A stretch of DNA of 64,000 nt from Promethearchaeota archaeon (GCA_019057795.1 JAHLWS010000075.1:32001-96000), one strand, 5' to 3'. Positions 1 to 10,631 are shown, numbered from the stretch's first letter. Notes: generated from the letters alone by a model not told the origin. Made by a program: numbers and translations.

Positions 1-19
1 AAAAAAAAAAAATAAGCCC

Positions 20-790
20 ATGACTAATTCTTTAATAGAAAGAGAAGATGAGAGTTCTAATAAACAATATTGGTTGTTTATATTTTTAGCAAGTTTAGCA
101 GGAGTGTCTTTATATCTTTTTATAATCTACTCGGCTATTGATTTGATAGGTCCGTCAATACCGGTATTTTCAGATTGTTTGATTAACCCTATCCTTATTA
201 CAATTATTGCTCTTGTTGTTTTCAAAGAAAAGTTAAGCAAGAAAAAAATAATAGGTTTCGCTATAGCCTCTTTTGGAGCATTTTTATTAATAACGGGAGG
301 TAATTTAGGAGTTCTTCAACCGGATTCACCCAATTTTTTAGGATATATCCTTTCTCTTTTAGCTCCTTTAAGCTGGACAAGTTATACGATCGTTATAAAA
401 AAATTGAAAAAATACAATAGATTCAAGTCTGATTTTCAAAATCTTAAAAATATCTCAATATTTGGATGTTTAGAATTATTTCTCTTTGTTATTTTTAGTA
501 ATCAATTTGATGTGTTTCTTAATAATATCTTAAATGTCGTTGTGTTTCTGTGCGCTTTATACCTCGCTTTAGGACCTTTCGTAATTGGTTATTACATTTG
601 GAATTTTTCTCTCAAGAAGCTAAAATCTTCAAATGTTGCATCGTTTTTGTACTTGCAACCGTTTTTGACCTTAATTTTATCAATCATCTTTCAGCGCGAC
701 GATGCTATCGGCTTATGGAATATAATGGGAGGGTTTGTTGTAATGATAGCAATAATGATAATTAACTATAAAAAAACAAATTCCTTCTAA
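20..790 (+). CDS. EamA/DMT family transporter, possibly lacking the first TM hairpin
   Basis: About 8 hydrophobic segments with DMT-like motifs (INPILITIIALVVFKEKLS; ASFLYLQPFLTLILS). Shorter than the usual ~290 aa. Confidence 0.75.
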   Translation: MTNSLIEREDESSNKQYWLFIFLASLAGVSLYLFIIYSAIDLIGPSIPVFSDCLINPILITIIALVVFKEKLSKKKIIGFAIASFGAFLLITGGNLGVLQPDSPNFLGYILSLLAPLSWTSYTIVIKKLKKYNRFKSDFQNLKNISIFGCLELFLFVIFSNQFDVFLNNILNVVVFLCALYLALGPFVIGYYIWNFSLKKLKSSNVASFLYLQPFLTLILSIIFQRDDAIGLWNIMGGFVVMIAIMIINYKKTNSF

Positions 791-918
791 TTGAACAAGT
801 TTCGAAAGGTTTGAGTTCTTTTAAATTAATTTCCTTTACCAATTCTGATAAAAAACTTTTTATACCGAAATTAATTGAAGTACTTATAATATTTTGCTAA
901 CTAAATGAAAGAAAAGAA

Positions 919-1698
919 GTGGAAAAGATTATGGAAGATATTGTCTTATATGAAAAACAAGGGAATATTGGAAAGATAACTCTAAATAAGCCAGAACAAA
1001 GGAATACAATAGATATACAGGTTCTCAAAAAGTTAATAGGTTTCTTTAAACAAAGCGCTGAAAATGGCGATGTATGCGTTATCTATGCTGCTAACGGGAA
1101 ACACTTTACTGTTGGTGCTGATTTGAAATATGGCTATGATTTACTTACTAATAAAGAAAAATTGGCTGAAGCCATTGAATTTCTTGAATCTTGGCAAATT
1201 CTTACTCGAGCTATGTTAGCACATCCAGGAATAATAATTGTTGGATATCACGGCTGGGTAATTGGGGGAGGTTTTGAGCATACACTTGTATGTGACTTGA
1301 AAATTGCCGCAACGGATACACGAATCATGTTGCCAGAAGTAGGAGTTGGACTTTTCTTTTCAAACGCGTCTACAAAGTTATTACCTAGAATTGTTGGGGA
1401 AACTCGAGCAAAACAGATTATGCTTCTTGGAAATGAGATCTCTGCTGAAGAGGCTTTAAATATAGGCCTAGTAAATCAAGTTTGTAAACCAGAAGGCCTA
1501 AATCGTATTTTAAAAAAAACTGCGAACATGATAGTTTCAAGAGGCCACCTTGCTCTTCAGTATACAAAGAAGTTTATAAATGAAAACCAAGATTTAAGTA
1601 TTGAATCCGTTTTAGCACGCGAATCAATAGCAATGATTACAACTGGGCAGTCTGAAGAACTTAAAAAAAGACTTGAAAAATTTGTTAAGAAAGAGTAA
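919..1698 (+). CDS. Enoyl-CoA hydratase/isomerase (crotonase) family protein
   Basis: ITLNKPEQRN, FTVGADL, GWVIGGGFE and LPEVGVG crotonase motifs. Start may be the ATG at 931. Confidence 0.9.
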   Translation: MEKIMEDIVLYEKQGNIGKITLNKPEQRNTIDIQVLKKLIGFFKQSAENGDVCVIYAANGKHFTVGADLKYGYDLLTNKEKLAEAIEFLESWQILTRAMLAHPGIIIVGYHGWVIGGGFEHTLVCDLKIAATDTRIMLPEVGVGLFFSNASTKLLPRIVGETRAKQIMLLGNEISAEEALNIGLVNQVCKPEGLNRILKKTANMIVSRGHLALQYTKKFINENQDLSIESVLARESIAMITTGQSEELKKRLEKFVKKE

Positions 1699-1708
1699 AG
1701 AATTGTAA

Positions 1709-2161
1709 TTATTGATTAAAATCTCTGAAAAAATCAGTTATTTTGATTAAATTTTTGTTATTCATATCCATAATTAATCTCACAATTATTCCTTTTACTA
1801 GGAGCGTATCTTTTGATTTATTGTTTTTATAACAATCCATCGCAAGAGTTATAGAAGTATTTCCTACTTTTATGACCCGAGTGTGAATAAGAATTTTATC
1901 ACCGAAAGTAGCCGATCTTAAATATTCAATTTCAACCTTTCTAACTGGAAAAACGATCCCTTCTTTATGTAGCGCACCACAATCTTTATTAAGCTTTTGT
2001 ACAAAACTTATGAAGCCATCATCAAAATAATTCAGATATTTGTTAGAATGAACAACCTGCATTAAATCAGTATCGTCGACTCTAACTTCAATTTCTTTAA
2101 AATCTTCAATTCCAAGCAGTTTGTCTATTATTATCTTATCTTTCTCATTAACTTCTTTCAT
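1709..2161 (-). CDS. Acyl-CoA thioesterase (4HBT/YbgC hot-dog family)
   Basis: VRVDDTDLMQVVHSNKYLNYFD motif. Confidence 0.85.
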   Translation of the reverse strand: MKEVNEKDKIIIDKLLGIEDFKEIEVRVDDTDLMQVVHSNKYLNYFDDGFISFVQKLNKDCGALHKEGIVFPVRKVEIEYLRSATFGDKILIHTRVIKVGNTSITLAMDCYKNNKSKDTLLVKGIIVRLIMDMNNKNLIKITDFFRDFNQ

Positions 2162-2245
2162 AATATCTTCATAAACTCTTAACTTAATAACTTAATAATT
2201 TTTAAAAATAATTTAATTGAAAAAAAATAAACTAAAAGCAAGTAT

Positions 2246-3778
2246 TTATTTCTCTAATTTTTTTCCTTTCATAGCTTTTCGAAATTTCTCAAGTTGTTTT
2301 CTAGGAGTAACAGTTGGTCTTTCGTATCTTTTCAATTTTGACTTAATTCCAAAAAGGTACTTAGAAATATTTTTCAATTTCTCAAGATCGTAGCGCATCA
2401 TCATAGTTATAGTTTCCATTGACGGCGACCCTCCACCATGTAAGCCCGCTACCTGTAATAGACCTGCTATTTCTGAAACCGCGAAAGCTTCAATGCCTCT
2501 AAAACAGCGTAAAACATTTTCTGGTTTAACTCTAGGATTTCTTTTCATATATTTCATAGCAAGTTCGCCAACATCTTCAGAGAAGAACGAGCCTTCGTAG
2601 GGTAGTGTTGCAATAAGACCGCCAGAAAGGTCTGCTAGAACTTTATATTCCTCGTAAATCATTTCTCCTGCAAGTCTCCTTCCAGCATTGGTTAAAATCT
2701 CATCCGGAACTTGAGTTCCTGAAGGAGCTTTTTCAGAGTGTTTTGCACTAGATTCGCCAGCAGCAAAAACGAGTTCCGCAGTACCTATAAGGTGAGAAAG
2801 TTTGTCTTGAACATGAGATGATTTTTCAATGCCGTTATATTCTGCAACTAATGCTGCAGCACTCGCTATAACTTCCGTTATGGCAGGCTTACAGCCAGTA
2901 TAACTGTGGCGGTGAAAGTGAGCGAACATAAGTGCTAGAAAGCCAGCATATGCAGTTTGTCTAGGATCTCCATTACCATTTAAAAAAATCCTATCGTTGG
3001 GAACAAAAACATCGTCAAAGATAATAAAAGTCTCAGCATCTCCAAAATTCCCAGCAGGAAATTCCATGTGTTTACTTTTTCTAAAGCTAGCAGGTCTCGT
3101 TAATAGTTTAACTCCATCCCAATCTGTAGGTAATGCAAATGATACGGCGTAATCTTTATCTTCTGGGCCCATATACCTACAAGGGACTACAATCAGCTCA
3201 TCTGCGTATGGTGTGTTTGTAATGCTTTGTTTACACCCTCTAACAACGATTCCATCTTCTCTCGTTTCAATAACCCTTAAATATTGATCTGGGTCTTCTT
3301 GTTCGTGAGGTCTCTTCAAGCGATCTCCTTTAGCATCAGTTTGAGCCGCACTAGCGACCAAATCGTTCTCTTGAAAATATTCTAAATACTTCTTAAACCT
3401 TTCATAGTGATCGGTTCCAAGCGCTTGGTCTAACTCGTATGTAATTACAGAAAGTGCGTTTAAAGCGTCGCATCCCATACACCTTTGAATGCACCCCCCT
3501 ACTCGATGACACAATAATCGCGTCATTAACTGCTTTTTTAAAAGATCATCTTCGCTCTGATGGATGTGGCAAAACCGGTTAATCTTCTTTCCAGTTAAAT
3601 GAGAGGTAGTTACGCATAAATCTTCATATTCCTCGCTATGAGCGCAGTCATAGGTAACTTTTATGATATTTTGACCACCCTGTAATCGAGGGTCATCCCG
3701 ACCTACTAATTCGTCACCAATGTAAATATTTGGCTTCATTTTATATAATCGGGCTAAATAATCTTCAAATGTTTTCAA
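2246..3778 (-). CDS. abfD: 4-hydroxybutyryl-CoA dehydratase/vinylacetyl-CoA isomerase family protein
   Basis: CIQRCMGCDA (CX3C), AQTDAKGDR, HRHSYTGCK and LHGGGS motifs. TTG start with purine-rich SD. Confidence 0.85.
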   Translation of the reverse strand: MKTFEDYLARLYKMKPNIYIGDELVGRDDPRLQGGQNIIKVTYDCAHSEEYEDLCVTTSHLTGKKINRFCHIHQSEDDLLKKQLMTRLLCHRVGGCIQRCMGCDALNALSVITYELDQALGTDHYERFKKYLEYFQENDLVASAAQTDAKGDRLKRPHEQEDPDQYLRVIETREDGIVVRGCKQSITNTPYADELIVVPCRYMGPEDKDYAVSFALPTDWDGVKLLTRPASFRKSKHMEFPAGNFGDAETFIIFDDVFVPNDRIFLNGNGDPRQTAYAGFLALMFAHFHRHSYTGCKPAITEVIASAAALVAEYNGIEKSSHVQDKLSHLIGTAELVFAAGESSAKHSEKAPSGTQVPDEILTNAGRRLAGEMIYEEYKVLADLSGGLIATLPYEGSFFSEDVGELAMKYMKRNPRVKPENVLRCFRGIEAFAVSEIAGLLQVAGLHGGGSPSMETITMMMRYDLEKLKNISKYLFGIKSKLKRYERPTVTPRKQLEKFRKAMKGKKLEK

Positions 3779-3976
3779 TTTTATTTCCTCTTCCTCTTTA
3801 TAAATTTTTAAATATGTAAATTGTGCTAATTAATAAATAGATTGCTCTTGTTTTTAAAAGGTTTCTCTATGGTTTCCTTGTTCTTTATTATTTAAAACCC
3901 CAAATAACTAATAAATATTTTATTCAGAATTTCTTTTACATAAATAATTTTAGATATAAAATTTGAAGAATTTATC

Positions 3977-5140
3977 ATGAATAGTAAACCAAAAGGTATT
4001 ACAACACCACCAAGTCAAGATGAGCTTTCCAGTCGATTAGAGAAAGTAAGAGCTATGATGATAGAAGAGAATTTGGATTATTACGTGTCATTTGATCCAA
4101 CTAACATATATTATTTAACTAACTTTGCAAACAATGTACACGAGCGTCCATTTATTCTAATTATTGAAAGAGAAGGGACCCCTAAAATGGTGGTTCCACT
4201 CTTAGAAAAGAGTCACATTGAGTCTAGATCTATTGGTGAACTTGAATTTCATAGTTATTTCGAATTTCCAGCTCCCGAAGGAGAAAATTGGTACGATTTA
4301 TATCAAACGCTTATTAAAAAGGATAAAAAAGTAGGAATTGAGGCTGCAATGCCATCTGGGATTGCTGAAAAAACTCCTGGAAAGAAGGTAATTACAGACA
4401 TTATCGATGAGGTGCGAATTGTAAAAACAGATTACGAAATCGGAAGGTCTGTCCATGCTTGTAAAATTATTAATAGAGGACATAAAGAATTACTTAAAAT
4501 TTGCCGTCCTGGAGTGCCAGAATTTGTTTTATATCAGAAAGTCACAGGATTCATGACTTCGAAGATTGTCACAGATATACCAGGTGCAAATTTCATCGTC
4601 TGTAGAACGGTTGGAGCAGTTTGGCCACCCTCATTTTCTCACGATCCGCATATAATTCCAAAACTTTTTGCTGAAATGGAAGAAGGAGGTCCACATGTTT
4701 CCATAGTATACGCTCAGGTAGATGGTTATGGAGTTGAAATAGAAAGAACTTTCTTTTTAGAACATATACCAGAGAAGGCTAAGAAACCTTTCGAAGTAAT
4801 GTTCCAGGCCAGAGAGCTCGCGTATAGCCTTTTAAAACCAGGAACAAATATGGGTGAAATAGATAGTAAAGTAAAAAAGTTTATAACTGAAAAAGGATAT
4901 GGCGACTACGTAATTCACCGCACTGGACATGGGCTTGGAATTACGGGTCATGAAGCACCTTATTTAGCTGAAGGGTACGACAGACCTCTCGAACCAAATA
5001 TGTTAATCAGCGTTGAGCCGGGTATTTACATTCCGGGACTTGGAGGTTTTCGTCATTCTGACTCTGTCTTAATAACCGATGATGGTTATGTTAAATTAAC
5101 GAAAGCTCCAGAAGAACTTGACGACCTAATAATTTCATAA
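3977..5140 (+). CDS. M24 (Xaa-Pro peptidase/creatinase) family protein
   Basis: Creatinase-type N-domain; HRTGHGLG..HEAP and SVEPGIY motifs. Confidence 0.85.
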   Translation: MNSKPKGITTPPSQDELSSRLEKVRAMMIEENLDYYVSFDPTNIYYLTNFANNVHERPFILIIEREGTPKMVVPLLEKSHIESRSIGELEFHSYFEFPAPEGENWYDLYQTLIKKDKKVGIEAAMPSGIAEKTPGKKVITDIIDEVRIVKTDYEIGRSVHACKIINRGHKELLKICRPGVPEFVLYQKVTGFMTSKIVTDIPGANFIVCRTVGAVWPPSFSHDPHIIPKLFAEMEEGGPHVSIVYAQVDGYGVEIERTFFLEHIPEKAKKPFEVMFQARELAYSLLKPGTNMGEIDSKVKKFITEKGYGDYVIHRTGHGLGITGHEAPYLAEGYDRPLEPNMLISVEPGIYIPGLGGFRHSDSVLITDDGYVKLTKAPEELDDLIIS

Positions 5141-5160
5141 TAAAAAAGATTTATGAAAAG

Positions 5161-5664
5161 TTAAATTTCTTTTTTTATTTGTTCTATAGGTTTTCTTAGA
5201 GTCGGTTTCGGAATGTTTCCTTTAATATATCCAAAAGGTAAAATTGTTAAAAGAAAATCGTCTTTCCCTAGACTAAGTAATTCTTTAGCTTTTTCCCTAT
5301 CCATTGAACCAATCCAACAAGTCCCTATTCCTAAAGACCAAGCCATCAACATCATATTCATTGAGACTAATGTTGTGTCTTGAATGTACCAATTTGGATT
5401 TTCTTTAATTTTTCCAACTATAGCTATAGCGACAGGAGCTCTTTTCATAAACTTACTATAAATAGCTGATTCTGAAATTTCCTTTAAAAATTCTTTATTT
5501 TTGATGATAATAAACTCCCAAGGTTGCTTATTAGACGCACTTGGAGTCCATCTTCCTGCCTCTAAAATCATTTCAAGATCCTTATCAGCAATCATTTTAT
5601 CGAGAAAGTTTCTGATGCTCCTTCTACTTTTTAAAAATTTTAAAAATTCTTCGGGATTAATCAT
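5161..5664 (-). CDS. Nitroreductase family protein
   Basis: SRRSIRNF, PSASNKQPWEF and LGIGTCWIG motifs. Confidence 0.92.
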   Translation of the reverse strand: MINPEEFLKFLKSRRSIRNFLDKMIADKDLEMILEAGRWTPSASNKQPWEFIIIKNKEFLKEISESAIYSKFMKRAPVAIAIVGKIKENPNWYIQDTTLVSMNMMLMAWSLGIGTCWIGSMDREKAKELLSLGKDDFLLTILPFGYIKGNIPKPTLRKPIEQIKKEI

Positions 5665-5785
5665 TCAATATTTCAACATCTATTACTAGTTCTAATTAAA
5701 ACTACAAAATCTGAATATCATTTAAATATAATCTTAATGAAATATTAATTCTTTAAATGATTGCTTAAAGAGTTATTCGGAAGAA

Positions 5786-7036
5786 TCATTCTTTCTTGTT
5801 ATTGAAATAATCTGATTCAAGATTAGGAAATATCTTTTTTTTTCTTCCTTCGCTTTTAAAATGAACTAAATTAAGATCTGTTAGCTTTTTAACGTGATAT
5901 TGAATAGTTTTGTGGTCAACCTTAAAGCGTTTTGTTATAATGCTATTCCATAAACCCGGTTCTTTTTCGATCATTTGTAAAATTTTTAATGTTAATTTGC
6001 TCTTACTTAATTGAAGATCAAGGTTTGAGATGGGATTCTTCTGGTAATACGGAAAATACGCTATAAAATTCCCGAGACGCTTTTTCCCAATAACTTTGTA
6101 GGTTTCTAATATATCGAGGTGCCACACGAGATTGCCGGCAGCTATTTCGATTTTTCTTAATAACTCGTTGAAATGAATACCAGGTTCATTTAGAATTAAA
6201 TCTATTATTTTGTTCCTATTTTCGTTCTCTAATACATCTTCTAAGCTTAGTCGATGAGCGCCTTTCTCAATTGGAATTGTTCTAGTTTTTAAGTATTGGA
6301 AATAATCTTTTTTTGAAATTAAAATAGCAAGCGAGGCCAACCCAATAGCACCAACTATCAAAAAGATTACCCAAATCCAATTATCAAAAACCTCAACAAT
6401 CTCAAAAAATGTGATGTAATATTCTGTGTCTGCTTGCAAATTAATAAGAGACCCTTCTAAAGAATATTCAGAACTGGACTCATTTAATTGTTCAATTGTA
6501 CTGATAACTTCCCACGCTTCTTGTGAAGGTTCGTATAAAGCTAAAGAATAACTATTACTTGGATTAAAGCCGTATAGAGATCTTTTAAGACTTCTAATAG
6601 TCATATTTTCTATCGTTGTGTTTGTATTTATTTGAAAGATGCAATCATATCTATTTTGAAATTGAGCTTCTCCTTTTTGTGGTCCTTGAGGCGGCTCAAC
6701 CATCCCAAAACCTTGCATAGTTACTTTAGAGGTGATTTTTAATGAAATCGGATTACTGTTATTAATAAGAAAGAAAATTTGACGGTTTTCAATTTTATTT
6801 TCATATTGGATTTCTAAGTCAATAAAAGAATCTGTCGAGATTTCAAGAATTATATTGTTAGAAAAAATGTATTTCACAGATTCGTTTGGGTAGATTTGGT
6901 CTTGAGTAGAAAAACCGGGTATATTTTTAGATTTATGAGATAAAACATTCGATATTAAGAAACTAAAATTAATAAAGATTAAAAGTAATATAAGAACGCT
7001 GAAATTTGATTTGTTCCTTAATTTTAGTTTAAACAT
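5786..7036 (-). CDS. Membrane-anchored transcriptional regulator: signal/TM, beta-rich ectodomain, TM, cytoplasmic double winged-HTH
   Basis: N-terminal hydrophobic segment and a second TM (WIWVIFLIVGAIGLASLAILI). C-terminal region has EPGIHFNELLR...LVWHLDIL and TIQYHVKKL. Confidence 0.75.
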   Translation of the reverse strand: MFKLKLRNKSNFSVLILLLIFINFSFLISNVLSHKSKNIPGFSTQDQIYPNESVKYIFSNNIILEISTDSFIDLEIQYENKIENRQIFFLINNSNPISLKITSKVTMQGFGMVEPPQGPQKGEAQFQNRYDCIFQINTNTTIENMTIRSLKRSLYGFNPSNSYSLALYEPSQEAWEVISTIEQLNESSSEYSLEGSLINLQADTEYYITFFEIVEVFDNWIWVIFLIVGAIGLASLAILISKKDYFQYLKTRTIPIEKGAHRLSLEDVLENENRNKIIDLILNEPGIHFNELLRKIEIAAGNLVWHLDILETYKVIGKKRLGNFIAYFPYYQKNPISNLDLQLSKSKLTLKILQMIEKEPGLWNSIITKRFKVDHKTIQYHVKKLTDLNLVHFKSEGRKKKIFPNLESDYFNNKKE

Positions 7037-7122
7037 ATATGCAATCCATTTATTGATCGTTATAAATTGTAATTCAAAAATTAAAAAAAAATATTGGTTT
7101 ATAGATATAATAATTTTATTGA

Positions 7123-7818
7123 TTATTTTCTCTTTTTCACATAGATTACTGATCCGATTATTATTAAAGCAATAACGCCACCAATGCTCAATCCAACGAT
7201 TAAAATTGTGTTGTCAGGTATAAGTATAGTCCATGTTGAAAAATGAGATACTTCAGCAGTTAGATAACCATTTTGTATGGTTGTTGGAACGCTAACCCAT
7301 TCTTCCGTTGCTTCGTCGTAATAAGCCCACTGACCTACGCTATTATCGTTAGTCGCTAATATACTTAATCTCGCTCGCGTGAAAGTACCGTTGCATTCTA
7401 ATTTAACAACAAATCCTTCTTGATATTGAACTCGATTGCGATTTCTAATTTGGTATGTATTACCCTTTAATAAACCTAATTCTTTTTGTTCCTCAGTACA
7501 AGTCATATTCATATAAAGATCGCCTTCACCTTCAATTTCAAGCGCAAAATCTTTAGCGCCGATTTTTAAAGCTTCACAATCAAAGTTTATCTCTAAATTA
7601 ACGTTAGCGTTAACTCTTAACTGAGTTCTTGCTCTAAATCGAAACATAGTCATAGTGTTAGCTTGTATATGTTTTTGATATGTATCACCAGGAACTTCAA
7701 AAGTATCATCTGGATTGCCAACGGCTACGACATTGAAAGATGTAATCGTCGAAAATAGAATCATTAGAAAAAATGTGCCTAAGAGAATTTTACTTAATTT
7801 TTTCATTTTTTTTTTCAC
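7123..7818 (-). CDS. Surface protein with signal peptide and C-terminal TM anchor
   Basis: Basic plus hydrophobic N-terminus, WAYYDEATEEW, VSHFSTW, then TM and KKRK tail. Confidence 0.75.
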   Translation of the reverse strand: MKKKMKKLSKILLGTFFLMILFSTITSFNVVAVGNPDDTFEVPGDTYQKHIQANTMTMFRFRARTQLRVNANVNLEINFDCEALKIGAKDFALEIEGEGDLYMNMTCTEEQKELGLLKGNTYQIRNRNRVQYQEGFVVKLECNGTFTRARLSILATNDNSVGQWAYYDEATEEWVSVPTTIQNGYLTAEVSHFSTWTILIPDNTILIVGLSIGGVIALIIIGSVIYVKKRK

Positions 7819-8240
7819 TATATTGTTTTAATTATAACAAAAAAAGGGCATATAAAAAGGATTGAGGAATAAAATTACCCGATTGAAAAGGATAAAAAGT
7901 ACTTTTAATCTAAAGCAAATTTTAAAGTTTAAGTATAGTTTCAATTACTAGGATCATCCCTTAATTTATTTTTAATTACCATAAAATTTTTTAAATCAAT
8001 TTGCGGAAAGCTTTCTAAAATTTTTTGTTTATCTTTTTGATTATCTTTAAACATATTATTAGATAGTGAATTAAAGTCTCAAAAAATGAGGCTTCTTAAT
8101 CCTTAAGTTTTAATATTATCGTTTTGAAAATATTATTATATATAAAATATTTTAAAAAATATTAAAAAGAAATTCAGATTAAATTTATTTTAATAATATG
8201 AATTTTATTAGATTTTAATTTTAGAAATGGAGAAAAGCTT

Positions 8241-10496
8241 ATGAGCTTAAAAGAATTTACGAAGGAAATTTTCACGAGATATGGTTTCTCTGAAGACCAA
8301 ATTAATGTATATATCGTTTACCTTAGAGTCCCAAGAGCAACTTCGTCGGAAGTCTATTTAACTTTAACGGAAAAACACCCTGAATTGACGTATGAAAGCG
8401 TTATTGAAATTACTAATTGGTTGGTTGAAAAGAGCTTTCTCAAAAAAGTAACTGGAATTGTTGACAGGTTTATTCCATTAGAACCATACTTCGAATTATA
8501 CATCGGAGAGTCTAAGATGTTTAGGGACGAAATTGCTAAAATTAAAGACGCAATTTTAGAGGATCAATCAGATCGATTTGAAAGATTGCAAGCCATCCAA
8601 GATAAAAGCATTAATGAAGTAGAAACTGCTGTTGACGACCAGATAAAAGCTTTTTTTGAAGATTCAGACACTAAAACCAACAATAAAAGAGACAGAATTA
8701 ATAGTTCAAGAAACCGGTTTACGGACACATCTAAAACTTTGGAAGAAAATCTTCATTCTATTATGAGTACACTAAATTCAGATATCAAAAACATCTCAGA
8801 TACTAGAGTAAGAGAAAACGAAGCTACGGTAAATAAAACAAAGGATAGTTTAACAGGATTAATTTCAGAGTTATTATCTGATTTTTCAAAAAGAGTAGAA
8901 GATTTAGAAAGAGAACTGAAAAGGGATTTAGATGATCATGTAGATCGCCATCAAACTATCGCAAACGATCTTAAACCTAGAATGGAACAAATTCTTGAAA
9001 AATATTTGGAAAGAATGGACAAGATAGTCGTAGACCTTAAAGGAAGGATTTCAAATCTATTAAAAGAACACTTAAACCACCTTAAGAACGCCACCGACAC
9101 CCTTCAAACTAATTTGAAAGCAACAGTCGACGAAAGACATAGAACATTAACTGACCAAACCAATGAATTTAAAAGTATGACATTAACCTTAATTGATAAT
9201 CTTTTAGAACACGCTAATAGGTTTACAGATTTTTCGGCTGAAATGGGTAAAAAGGGATTTTTTTGGATGGGTAAAAAGAAAAAATATAAAGCAAGACATG
9301 AAACTACGATTCAATCCATTCTCAAATATACTGAACCTATGAAAGAAGATTTTACAAACACAAGTGAGACATATATAAAAGATACACGAAGTACTTCGGA
9401 CAACATGAAAACTGGCATCACAGATGTTATCACTTTAGAAAACGATAATGTCGTTAGCGAAACCAACGATTTAGATCATAAAGCACAAGAGACCATAAAC
9501 GTACAATTAGAAACGCTTGCAAGTGATATGTCGGGAGAGATCGATAATACTTTACAAACTGCCGTAAAGGATTGCTCCGATACCACTGTTAAGCTTAAAG
9601 ATTCGTTAGAGAACTCGCTTAAAACTCACAATAGACAATACGACGAAGCAATTAATAGACATAAAGACGAATCATTAAGGCACTATACTGCATATGACGG
9701 AGATATTAAAAGAATCAAAGAGGATTGGATTAGAGACCTTGATGATAAATTCACTAGCGGAAAAAGAGACAGTTCTGATAAAATTACCGCTGAAATTAAC
9801 TTGTGGGGCGACGAATCAGCAGACTTAGATAGAAACTTAAGTGAAATGCTTATTGATCATAAGTCTAAATACGAAGAAAATGCGAAAACCTTACAAAATA
9901 GTTTATCGAATACTACTCGAGACACAACACAAAACATCAAAGATGCGATCGCCGATTTCACACTCCAATTTATGAACTCCATTGACGACGCCACAGAGTT
10001 AGCCGAAAAGAACGAAGGAAAGCTTAGTGATATACACATCACTTCAAGTTCAATTCCAGAAATAATGGACATTACGACATGGCAGGTGGTAGGACGAGAG
10101 GCTCTAGTTGCAGCTATGAAGGATGCTATTTATAGGGTAAAATCTTCAATTATTATCGTAATGCCATACGTGCTTCCAGAGATTTTACAAGTTATAAGTG
10201 AATACGCTTATCAGAAAAAAGCAGTAAGATTCATGCTAACCTCGAGATTTGATATGGCAACCTACGGCGATATCATAAAAAAGATGATTGCGCTAGGCAA
10301 TATCCAATTCCGACAATTAAGTGGAGCCGGCGAATTCTTTGCACTAACCAGAGACGCTGAAGAAGTCATCATTGGTCCTGCATCGGAAAAAGAAGGAGAA
10401 ATGATAAGCGTGGTTTCCAATCAAACAGCCTATAGTATTCTCTATAGCCAGTTTATAGGGCCTATATTCCAGGCTAATTCCCGCCCAATAAAATAG
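8241..10496 (+). CDS. TrmB-like wHTH, long coiled coil and C-terminal TrmB effector/PLD-like domain
   Basis: YGFSEDQINVYIVYL...WLVEKSFL N-terminus, ~500 aa helical heptad-rich core, C-terminal KSSIIIVMP...RDAEEVIIG. Confidence 0.65.
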   Translation: MSLKEFTKEIFTRYGFSEDQINVYIVYLRVPRATSSEVYLTLTEKHPELTYESVIEITNWLVEKSFLKKVTGIVDRFIPLEPYFELYIGESKMFRDEIAKIKDAILEDQSDRFERLQAIQDKSINEVETAVDDQIKAFFEDSDTKTNNKRDRINSSRNRFTDTSKTLEENLHSIMSTLNSDIKNISDTRVRENEATVNKTKDSLTGLISELLSDFSKRVEDLERELKRDLDDHVDRHQTIANDLKPRMEQILEKYLERMDKIVVDLKGRISNLLKEHLNHLKNATDTLQTNLKATVDERHRTLTDQTNEFKSMTLTLIDNLLEHANRFTDFSAEMGKKGFFWMGKKKKYKARHETTIQSILKYTEPMKEDFTNTSETYIKDTRSTSDNMKTGITDVITLENDNVVSETNDLDHKAQETINVQLETLASDMSGEIDNTLQTAVKDCSDTTVKLKDSLENSLKTHNRQYDEAINRHKDESLRHYTAYDGDIKRIKEDWIRDLDDKFTSGKRDSSDKITAEINLWGDESADLDRNLSEMLIDHKSKYEENAKTLQNSLSNTTRDTTQNIKDAIADFTLQFMNSIDDATELAEKNEGKLSDIHITSSSIPEIMDITTWQVVGREALVAAMKDAIYRVKSSIIIVMPYVLPEILQVISEYAYQKKAVRFMLTSRFDMATYGDIIKKMIALGNIQFRQLSGAGEFFALTRDAEEVIIGPASEKEGEMISVVSNQTAYSILYSQFIGPIFQANSRPIK

Positions 10497-10499
10497 GAG

Positions 10500-10532
10500 G
10501 AGATTAACCAGAATTCCAAACTGGATAATCTC
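10500..10532 (+). terminator. Hairpin downstream of the stop codon, followed by T-rich tracts
   Basis: GAGATTA-A-CCAG...CTGG-A-TAATCTC stem between convergent genes, with T8 downstream. Confidence 0.5.
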
Positions 10533-10631
10533 ATACAAGACTTTTTTTTATCTTTCTTTTTTAATTTAATGAGTTAATGGATGTTTAAATTTTATTATAG
10601 GAAATAAAAAGAGAAGGTAAAAAATTAAAGT

